Virus record (IMG/VR): IMGVR_UViG_3300044825_001821
Span: 64,001-128,000 of that record
Length of the DNA: 64,000 nt
Direction: 5' to 3' (one strand)
From: a virus
In this document: one piece after another, positions 40,625 through 48,470 of the stretch
How the letters are laid out: each line of letters starts with the position of its first letter
Numbering within the stretch: position 1 is the stretch's first letter
Position numbers and translations under genes: made by a program
The notes under the pieces: generated by a model
What the model was told of the DNA's origin: nothing
Databases searched by the model: none
The model's input: the letters and a program-made list of their open reading frames with translations, nothing else

Positions 40625-41547
40625 TGTTTCGTCGTTTTAATGGTGGAATCTTGGGAAAATATAATGGTTCTACTGCAACAAGATCAAATGGATTTTTTTC
40701 TTTAAGTGATATTCAAGCATTCTCCGAAGGAGGTCTTTGGACGGGTTCCCGCATTCCGCCCGACTTAGAAATAATAATAGTTGCTGGTGGTGGTGGAGCC
40801 AGTGGTATGGGTGGTGCTGGAGCGGGTGGATTGTTGTATTATGGCGCAGAAATACCAAAAGTTGCTAATGATACTGCAAGACCTCTTACTGGTAACACTA
40901 CTGTTGTCGTTCAAATTGGTGCTGGAGGTACAGGGGGTACTGGTGTTGGACAAGGTTCGGCTTCAAGTGTGAATATCAGTGGCACTTTACTTACTGCAAC
41001 TGGTGGTGGGTATGGCGGCGTAAGTAGTCCAGCCGGTCGTGAAGGAGGTCCAGGAGGTTCTGGTGGTGGCGGCGGAGAGTTCGGAAGCGATGGAGGAGGT
41101 GGTGCGGGAACACCTGGGCAAGGAAATAATGGTGGTAATGGAAAATATCTGTCAGGAAACGGTGGTGGAGGTGGTGGAGCGGGAGCAGTAGGACAAAGTG
41201 GACCAGTAACTTTTCCACTTGGCGCTGGTGGTGGCATAGGCTTAGCTTATACAATTAGTGGAGCAAACGTATATTATGCTGGAGGTGGTGCTGGAGGAGG
41301 ACCCGGTCCCACTTTTGTAAACCCCGGTTCAAATGGTGGTGGCGGCAAACCTGGATTTACGGGTTCTATTAATACTGGAGGTGGTGCTGGAGCATATGGA
41401 AGTCAAGGTGGTTCTGGAATCGTTGTGATGAGACACAATCGTGCATATAAAACAGGCACAGCGAATTCAAATGGGCAACCTTCAATTACGTTGTCTGGAG
41501 ACTACAGAGTTTACACTTTTACCGCTTCGGGTTCTTTAGTTTTCTGA
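40624..41547 (+). CDS. Glycine-rich putative adhesin (single domain)
   Basis: IIVAGGGG...GAGAGGLLY...GGSGGGGG...YYAGGG...GGSGIVV.R...VYTFTASGSLVF. Confidence 0.75.
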   Translation: MFRRFNGGILGKYNGSTATRSNGFFSLSDIQAFSEGGLWTGSRIPPDLEIIIVAGGGGASGMGGAGAGGLLYYGAEIPKVANDTARPLTGNTTVVVQIGAGGTGGTGVGQGSASSVNISGTLLTATGGGYGGVSSPAGREGGPGGSGGGGGEFGSDGGGGAGTPGQGNNGGNGKYLSGNGGGGGGAGAVGQSGPVTFPLGAGGGIGLAYTISGANVYYAGGGAGGGPGPTFVNPGSNGGGGKPGFTGSINTGGGAGAYGSQGGSGIVVMRHNRAYKTGTANSNGQPSITLSGDYRVYTFTASGSLVF

Positions 41548-41549
41548 TG

Positions 41550-41557
41550 TATAAATA
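41550..41557 (+). promoter_or_regulatory. T4 late promoter TATAAATA
   Basis: Exact consensus, intergenic, upstream of ORF 41591. Confidence 0.8.
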
Positions 41558-41590
41558 CATAGTAATTTTTAACACAAAGGGAGTTTTTAG

Positions 41591-41980
41591 ATGGCACATT
41601 TTGCACAACTTGATGAAAATAATGTAGTAACTCAAGTCATTGTTGTGTCCAACAATGAATTACTTGACGCTAACGGTCAAGAAAGTGAGGAGTTAGGCAT
41701 TGCTTTCTGCCAAAGATTGTTTGGTGGTAATTGGAAACAAACATCATACAATCATAATATGAGAAAGCGTTATGCAGGAATTGGATACTCATACAACGCA
41801 GAACTTGATGCATTTGTTCCTCCTAAACCATATGCTTCATGGGTGTTAAATAACACAGAAGCAAATTGGGAAGCACCTGTGCCATTGCCTTCAGATGCAG
41901 GTCAAGGTGAGCCTCCTAAAAATTATATTTGGAATGAAGAAACAACGTCTTGGGATTTATCAGAAACAACAGGACTATAA
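41591..41980 (+). CDS. Phage hypothetical protein (MAHFA-type), fibre-associated
   Basis: MAHFAQLDENNVVTQVIVV...WKQTSYN...RKRYAGIGY.Y....DAFVPPKPY.SW.L....WEAPVP.P; GGGAG RBS. Confidence 0.65.
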   Translation: MAHFAQLDENNVVTQVIVVSNNELLDANGQESEELGIAFCQRLFGGNWKQTSYNHNMRKRYAGIGYSYNAELDAFVPPKPYASWVLNNTEANWEAPVPLPSDAGQGEPPKNYIWNEETTSWDLSETTGL

Positions 41981-41996
41981 AGCATCATCAATAAAC

Positions 41997-42021
41997 AAAC
42001 CCCACTTCGGTGGGGTTTTTT
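41997..42021 (+). terminator. Rho-independent terminator with C(UUCG)G tetraloop
   Basis: AAACCCCAC-TTCG-GTGGGGTTT continuing into a T run. Confidence 0.9.
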
Positions 42022-42039
42022 ATTAGGCATTCACGATTG

Positions 42040-42047
42040 ACTAAATA
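42040..42047 (+). promoter_or_regulatory. Late promoter variant ACTAAATA
   Basis: Directly after the terminator and before ORF 42069; same octamer at 48415 and 57881. Confidence 0.65.
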
Positions 42048-42068
42048 CACGATTAGAAGGAGACAATC

Positions 42069-42404
42069 TTGGCTGCTTATGTAGAACTTACTATCGAACA
42101 AGGTGCAAACCTCACATCAACGATTACCGTATCAGATTCACAAGGTGATGCTGTAAATCTTACAACATATTCTGCATCGGCTCAATTACGTAAATCATAT
42201 TATTCTTCATCGGCAAATACACTAACAGCAACAATCACTGGCAATGCAAATGGACAAATCACTATGTCCATGACGGCAGCTAATACATCGGCATTAACAC
42301 CAGGTCGTTATGTGTACGATTTGATTATTACGAACTCTACTGATAATTCAAAAACACGTGTAGTAGAAGGCACGGCAGTTGTATTACCATCCGTTACGAG
42401 GTAA
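42069..42404 (+). CDS. Virion structural protein (fibre attachment/BppU-N-like), TTG start
   Basis: LTIEQGA, NLT.YSA.AQLRKSY.S, G.I.MSM.A..T..L..GRYVYDL, RVVEG...V.PSVTR; AGGAGA RBS before the TTG. Confidence 0.65.
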   Translation: MAAYVELTIEQGANLTSTITVSDSQGDAVNLTTYSASAQLRKSYYSSSANTLTATITGNANGQITMSMTAANTSALTPGRYVYDLIITNSTDNSKTRVVEGTAVVLPSVTR

Positions 42405-42407
42405 GTT

Positions 42408-42635
42408 ATGCCAGAATTAGGTAAAGTTACGGTTTTTCAACCGAATAGAACTACGGTTGTATCGTCAAATTATAGACCTCAACCAAACATTTCTTTATCA
42501 GATATTAATAACATTTCTACAGAAGGTGTACAAGATGGTTATTCTTTAGTTTTTAACTCTGCAAATAATCGTTTTGAGATGAATATTGCTACACTTTCTC
42601 TTGCAAATACGACACTTAGTGGCGGAACCTTTTAA
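42408..42635 (+). CDS. Small connector protein ending LSGGTF
   Basis: 75 aa; L.DI....DG..LVFN....F motif. Confidence 0.55.
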   Translation: MPELGKVTVFQPNRTTVVSSNYRPQPNISLSDINNISTEGVQDGYSLVFNSANNRFEMNIATLSLANTTLSGGTF

Positions 42636-42643
42636 GATTTAAA

Positions 42644-45600
42644 ATGGCAAATATTTCCCTACAATTAAAACATTCTCTAGCCACTAATACACCGCCTTCA
42701 TTAAATGTTGGTGAACCTGCTTATTCATATAGTAGCAATACATTATTCATTGGAAATCCTACGGGCGATGGCGCTATTGCTATTGGTGGTTATGATGATC
42801 ATACTCGTTTAATATCTTCATATGCAACGCTAAACTTGGCATACGATCATGCCAATGCTGCATATATTCGTGCGAATAATTCTTTTAATGCAAATGGCGG
42901 TGGTACGATAGCAGGCGATCTAACTGTTCAAGGTAACTTGAATATTGTTGGTGGAACAATCGGCGCTAATGTACCCATCGTATTAATTGGCGATAATATT
43001 ATTTCGCTGAATGCTTCAATTGGTCAGTCGAATACACCGACGATGAATGCAGGTATTGAAATTGATCGTGGTGCTCAGGCAAATGTTTATATACTTTGGA
43101 ATGAAGTTGATAATAAATGGACTTTCACAAACGATGGAACAAACTATGATAGTTTGGGTGGAGAGTCTGGATCAACATATGCTAATGGTGCATTCGTACA
43201 AGCTAATGCAGCATTCAGTCAAGTTAATGTAACATTTGCACATGCCAACGCCGCTTTCTTAAAGGCCAATACACCAAGTTATGCTGCAAACTCAGCAGGC
43301 TCTTATGCCAATGCTGCATTTATTCAGGCAAATACAAATTTTGTTCAAGTAAATTTAGCGTTCGCACATGCCAATGCCGCATTCTTACAGGCCAATACAC
43401 CTAGCTATGCATCTAATTCTGCTGCATCGTATGCTAATTCAGCTTTTGCTGCGGCAAACTCAGCAGGCTCTTATGCTAACTCTGCTTTTTTAAGAGCCAA
43501 TACACCAAGTTATACTTCAAACGCAGCATCAACATATGCCAATGGCGCATTTATACAAGCTAACGCTGCCTTTGCTCATGCTAATGCTGCTTATGTACAG
43601 GCAAACACACCAAGTCATGTAGCAAACTCTGCTGCTTCTTATGCCAATGCTGCATTTATTGCAGCAAATGCTTCATTTATTCATGTCAATGCTGCATTCT
43701 TAAAAGCCAATACACCAAGTTATACATCTAATTCGGCTGCTTCTTATGCCAATTCTGCTTTCTTGCAGGCGAACACGCCGAGTCATGTGGCAAACTCTGC
43801 GGCATCGTATGCCAATGCTGCATTTTTAAAAGCTAACACACCTAGCTATACATCAAACTCCGCTGCTTCTTATGCCAATGCGGCATTTGCAGTTGCAAAC
43901 TCGGCTGCATCATATGCCAACGCTGCATTTTTACAGGCTAATACGCCAAGCTATACATCGAACTCTGCAAGTGTTTACGCTAACGGTTCGTTTATTCAAG
44001 CTAATGCTGCGTTTTTACAAGCAAACACACCAAGTTACACTGCAAACTCTGCTGCTTCTTATGCCAATGCTGCATTTATTCAAGCTAACGATGCTGTTGC
44101 TTTGTGGACTGGTGCGTATAATCATGCGAATGCATCTTATGTACACGCCAATGCGGCATATCAAAGTCAAAATACAACAGGCACATACGCCAACGCAGCT
44201 TTTGTTCGTGCAAACAATGCGCTAGATGCAAACAATGGTGGTGTGATAACAGGTAGTTTGACGATCACACAGAACCTTACTGTCACTGGAAATGTTTATG
44301 TTTCTGGTAATGCATTCACCGTTAATGCAGGAACATTAACATCAAATGACTCTGTTATTATTTTAGCAGATGGTAATTATTATTCTGATATAAAAGATAT
44401 TGGTTTTGCCGGTCATTATAATGATGGTTCAACCAATGCAAAAACTGGATTACTCAGAGATTCAACAACAAGAGAGTGGTTCTTATTTAAGAATTACACA
44501 CCTGAAATTGGTACAAATAATAATATCAACATTAATGATTCTTCTTTTGAAGTTGATACACTCAGTGCCAATTTAAAATCAACTTATATTTTAATCAAAA
44601 ATGTAGATATTCTACCAAGAACAAATATCATTTTTGATTTAACAAATGCAGCATTTAGACACGCCAACTCTGGATTTGTACATTCAAACGCTGCATTTGT
44701 TCACGCCAATGCCGCATATCAAAGTCAAAATGCAACTGGCAGTTATGCAAACACGGGATATGTACACGCCAACGCAGCATTTATTCATGCAAATTCATCA
44801 TATGAATCTCAGAATGCAACAGGTACTTACGCCAATGCCGCATTCTTGCAAGCAAACACACCTAGTTACACTGCTAATTCGGCAGCATTATATGCCAATG
44901 GTTCGTTTATTCAATCCAATGCGGCGTTTGATCATGCTAATGCAGCATATCAAAGTCAAAATACGACAGGTGTATATGCCAACGCAGCGTTTATACATGC
45001 CAATGCCGCATTTATAAAAACTAATGCATCATTTGATCATGCCAATTCTGCATATCAATCACAAAATGCAACAGGCACTTACGCAAACTCAGCATTTCTA
45101 CATGCCAATGCTGGATTTATACACGCCAATAGTGCTTTTGTTCATGCCAATGCAGCATTTGATCATTCAAATGCTGGATATAATCAAGCCAATACTGGAA
45201 CAACATTAGCACAGGCGGCATTTGATAATTCAAACACCAAGTTTAATTCTACTGGTGGAACGATTTCTGGTAATGTAACAGTTCAAAGTAATCTTACTGT
45301 TCTAGGTAATGTTACATTCGTAGGTAATGTCACATCGGTATTAGTTACTGGTAATAGTGGTCAATTCTTTGGCTACGCATCGAATGGTCACAACGCACTG
45401 TACGCAGGTATTCCAACTGGTTATGATTATCAGCCACAAACAGTTTTCCAAGCATCTGCAAATTATGATGGTTACTCACAGATAAACATTCAGAATATCA
45501 ATACTGGACCTGATGCATCCGGTGACTATGTTGCTACTGCTGATAATGGTAACGAAAATGATACTTACATTGACATGGGCATCGGCAGTAGTCAACATGC

Positions 45601-47986
45601 CGATCCTGACTTTACATTAGTTGGACCAAATGATGGTTACTTGTATACACACGGCAACACCTCAACTGGTGGTGGTGATCTTGTAGTTGGTACATTCTTA
45701 CCACAGAATGATGTAGTATTTGCAGCAGGTGGTATGAATATTGAAAATGAGCAGATGCGTATCATTGGCTCAAGCAACACTATTAATATTCGTGCAAATG
45801 TAGATATAAGTCTTTCAAAAAATGTTTTCTTAGGACCAGTTGTCAATGTTCACATTACTGGTGGAACTAATGATGATTACATCAGAACTGATGGTGCTGG
45901 TAACTTAACATTTGCAAATCTTACTTCTGCAAATGTAATTAAAGTATTATACAATACATCTAATGCTTCATATATTCAAGCCAATGCAGCATTTGATCAT
46001 GCTAACGCCTCATTTGCTGCTGCTAATAATGTATTCCCACAAGTTCAGCCAGCATTCAACACCGCCAATTTAGCATTTGCACATTCCAATGCAGCATATA
46101 ATCGTGCAAATAATTCTGTAGACGCAAACAATGGTGGCACAATTACTGGTGATTTAACAATCACTAAAAATCTGTTTGTTGGTAATGTGTTTGTAGCTGG
46201 ACAGACATTCAGTGTTAATGCTGGTACTTTAGTTTCAAATGATTCTGTCATTATTTTAGCCGAAGGAAATTATTTCTCCGATTTAACTGATATTGGTTTT
46301 GCTGCACATTATAATGATGGTACAAACGCACACTCAGGTCTGATTCGTGACTCTGTAACAAAAGAGTGGTATCTATTCAAAGGATATACACCTGAGATTG
46401 GCACAAACAATAATATTGATATTAATGATGCATCGTTCACAATTGATACTCTGAATGCAAATCTAAACTCAACATATGTTTTAGCAAAAGGTATTGATCT
46501 ATTACCAAGAACAAATATTATTTTTGGTCTTACAAATTCTTCTTTTGCTCATGCAAATGCTGGATTTGATCATGCCAATGCAGCATTTATTTCGGCTAAC
46601 AATGTATTTCCACAGGTTCAGCCAGCGTTCAATACGGCTAACTTAGCATTTGCACACTCAAATGCTGCATTCACACATGCAAATTCATCATATGAATCTC
46701 AGAATGCAACTGGCAGTTATGCTAACTCTGCATTTGCACACGCCAACGCAGCATTTATTTCGGCTAACAATGTATTCCCACAAGTTCAGCCAGCATTCAA
46801 TACGGCCAATTTAGCGTTTGCTCATTCAAATTCTTCGTTTGATCATGCCAATGCTGCATTCTTGCAGGCAAACACACCTAGCTACACTGCAAACTCTGCA
46901 AGTGTTTATGCCAATGCTGCATTCTTACAGGCTAACACACCTAGCTACACCGCAAACTCTTCGGCATTGTATGCCAATGCTGCGTTTATACATGCCAATT
47001 CGTCATATGAATCACAGAATGCTACTGGTAGTTATGCCAACAGTGCTTTTGTACATGCCAATGCTGCGTTTAATTCTGCTAACAATGTATTCCCGCAAGT
47101 GCAACCGGCATTTAACACTGCTAATGCTGCATTTGATCATGCGAACGCATCTTACATTCAAGCTAATGCCGCATTCATTCGTGCGAATAATTCATTAGAT
47201 GCAAACAATGGTGGAACAATTACTGCAAATGTTGTAATTAATGCGAATCTACAAGCAGCTAATGTTACAACAAATGCGTACATTCAATTTGCGGATGGCA
47301 CAAGACAGTTTACTGCAAATGCAAATCCAGCAAATGTTTCACTGAAAACATTTACAACAACATCAAATGGCACTACGCCAACGTTTGCATTAGGGTTTAC
47401 TCCTGCTGGTTCGAATGCTGCTTTAGTTGTTTCAATTGGCGGTGTTATACAAACCGATGGTGTTGATTATTCAATACAACCAGGTAATTCATCAATTTCA
47501 TTTGATGGCATCCCACCAGCGGGTGAAATTGTTAGAGTTACATGTTTGGAAAATGTAGTTCTTTTACCAAATCCAAACGTTACTGTATCGGTGTATGAAA
47601 CTACTGCAAATGGAAATGTTAGCACGTTTGCTTTACCGTTCTATCCAATTTCACGTGAAGCCTTAACTGTAACAATTGATGGCATTGTGCAACCAATTTC
47701 AATGTACACGGTTGATACTTCTGCTAACACAGTTACATTGGATGACACACCACTAAACGGTGAGTTGGTTCGTGTTGCAACTTTCTATACGGCAGTGAAT
47801 CCATATGCGGTATTGCCGAACACAGTGACATTTGATGCATTGGCTCCTGGTGTTAGAAGTTCAATTAATACATCATTTGCAGCAGCAAATTCGGCCGGCT
47901 CATATGCCAATTCGGCATTCAATAAAGCAAATACAGCAGCAACAACAGGAAAGGCAATTGCAATGTCGATTGTATTTGGAGGCTAA
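42644..47986 (+). CDS. Long tail-fibre-like protein with extensive AN-heptad coiled coils, ending KAIAMSIVFGG
   Basis: 1780 aa; N-terminal LQLKHS....PPSL.VGEPAYS....LFIG; dozens of heptads; duplicated ~145-aa globular module; two C-terminal beta-sandwich domains. Confidence 0.8.
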   Translation: MANISLQLKHSLATNTPPSLNVGEPAYSYSSNTLFIGNPTGDGAIAIGGYDDHTRLISSYATLNLAYDHANAAYIRANNSFNANGGGTIAGDLTVQGNLNIVGGTIGANVPIVLIGDNIISLNASIGQSNTPTMNAGIEIDRGAQANVYILWNEVDNKWTFTNDGTNYDSLGGESGSTYANGAFVQANAAFSQVNVTFAHANAAFLKANTPSYAANSAGSYANAAFIQANTNFVQVNLAFAHANAAFLQANTPSYASNSAASYANSAFAAANSAGSYANSAFLRANTPSYTSNAASTYANGAFIQANAAFAHANAAYVQANTPSHVANSAASYANAAFIAANASFIHVNAAFLKANTPSYTSNSAASYANSAFLQANTPSHVANSAASYANAAFLKANTPSYTSNSAASYANAAFAVANSAASYANAAFLQANTPSYTSNSASVYANGSFIQANAAFLQANTPSYTANSAASYANAAFIQANDAVALWTGAYNHANASYVHANAAYQSQNTTGTYANAAFVRANNALDANNGGVITGSLTITQNLTVTGNVYVSGNAFTVNAGTLTSNDSVIILADGNYYSDIKDIGFAGHYNDGSTNAKTGLLRDSTTREWFLFKNYTPEIGTNNNININDSSFEVDTLSANLKSTYILIKNVDILPRTNIIFDLTNAAFRHANSGFVHSNAAFVHANAAYQSQNATGSYANTGYVHANAAFIHANSSYESQNATGTYANAAFLQANTPSYTANSAALYANGSFIQSNAAFDHANAAYQSQNTTGVYANAAFIHANAAFIKTNASFDHANSAYQSQNATGTYANSAFLHANAGFIHANSAFVHANAAFDHSNAGYNQANTGTTLAQAAFDNSNTKFNSTGGTISGNVTVQSNLTVLGNVTFVGNVTSVLVTGNSGQFFGYASNGHNALYAGIPTGYDYQPQTVFQASANYDGYSQINIQNINTGPDASGDYVATADNGNENDTYIDMGIGSSQHADPDFTLVGPNDGYLYTHGNTSTGGGDLVVGTFLPQNDVVFAAGGMNIENEQMRIIGSSNTINIRANVDISLSKNVFLGPVVNVHITGGTNDDYIRTDGAGNLTFANLTSANVIKVLYNTSNASYIQANAAFDHANASFAAANNVFPQVQPAFNTANLAFAHSNAAYNRANNSVDANNGGTITGDLTITKNLFVGNVFVAGQTFSVNAGTLVSNDSVIILAEGNYFSDLTDIGFAAHYNDGTNAHSGLIRDSVTKEWYLFKGYTPEIGTNNNIDINDASFTIDTLNANLNSTYVLAKGIDLLPRTNIIFGLTNSSFAHANAGFDHANAAFISANNVFPQVQPAFNTANLAFAHSNAAFTHANSSYESQNATGSYANSAFAHANAAFISANNVFPQVQPAFNTANLAFAHSNSSFDHANAAFLQANTPSYTANSASVYANAAFLQANTPSYTANSSALYANAAFIHANSSYESQNATGSYANSAFVHANAAFNSANNVFPQVQPAFNTANAAFDHANASYIQANAAFIRANNSLDANNGGTITANVVINANLQAANVTTNAYIQFADGTRQFTANANPANVSLKTFTTTSNGTTPTFALGFTPAGSNAALVVSIGGVIQTDGVDYSIQPGNSSISFDGIPPAGEIVRVTCLENVVLLPNPNVTVSVYETTANGNVSTFALPFYPISREALTVTIDGIVQPISMYTVDTSANTVTLDDTPLNGELVRVATFYTAVNPYAVLPNTVTFDALAPGVRSSINTSFAAANSAGSYANSAFNKANTAATTGKAIAMSIVFGG
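43175..47190 (+). repeat. 21-bp-period (heptad) imperfect coding repeats
   Basis: Recurrent GCCAATGCTGCATT / GCAAACACACCAAG units; ANNVFPQVQPAFNTAN occurs four times. Confidence 0.85.
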
Positions 47987-47989
47987 TTC

Positions 47990-48412
47990 ATGACACAGAA
48001 AATTACAAGTGGTAGAATAGCCAACAGTTCTATTACGGTAAACAGCTTCTCCACTAATTTTGGTGGCTATGCATATGACTTCGATGATATTTCTTATATC
48101 ACCGATGGTGTGACGACTATCTTTCCTTTAACATATAACACATCGAATGTTTCTGTATCAAGTCCTTGGAATTTAATTATATCAATTAATGGTCTTTTAC
48201 AGTCCGCTTTTGCAAATACGCAAGAAGTTCTTTGGATGAGTCACGTTAAAAACTCAGCAAAAGGATACACATTAAATGATGATGGTCGTGTTCTTTTTGC
48301 CGATCCGCCTCCAGCGGGTTCTGATGTTATGATTCGACTTGTGCCTGGGACACCAGCACAAAATACCAAGATTTATCCATTCAAAGCAACCGATATCTTC
48401 TTGGGTTACTAA
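47990..48412 (+). CDS. Small virion protein with beta-sandwich domain
   Basis: DG.TT.F.L...IISINGLLQ...YT......F..PP.AGS; ends TDIFLGY. Confidence 0.6.
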   Translation: MTQKITSGRIANSSITVNSFSTNFGGYAYDFDDISYITDGVTTIFPLTYNTSNVSVSSPWNLIISINGLLQSAFANTQEVLWMSHVKNSAKGYTLNDDGRVLFADPPPAGSDVMIRLVPGTPAQNTKIYPFKATDIFLGY

Positions 48413-48414
48413 TT

Positions 48415-48422
48415 ACTAAATA
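48415..48422 (+). promoter_or_regulatory. Late promoter variant ACTAAATA
   Basis: Intergenic, upstream of ORF 48471. Confidence 0.6.
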
Positions 48423-48470
48423 GTAGAGATTTTAAAAAAATAAACACCTTTCCCATATTTTGGAGTCAAA

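Noticed and set aside
40911-41237. Pro-rich minus-strand ORF (similarly 6072-6302 and 37779-38105)
   Set aside because: Antisense reading of GGT/GGA glycine codons.
25374-47198. Met/Leu/Gln-rich alternative-frame ORFs (25374, 26094, 35866, 43872, 44646, 46818)
   Set aside because: Shadow frames of the GCx-AAT-GCx heptad codons, which generate ATG and few stops; fully inside real genes.
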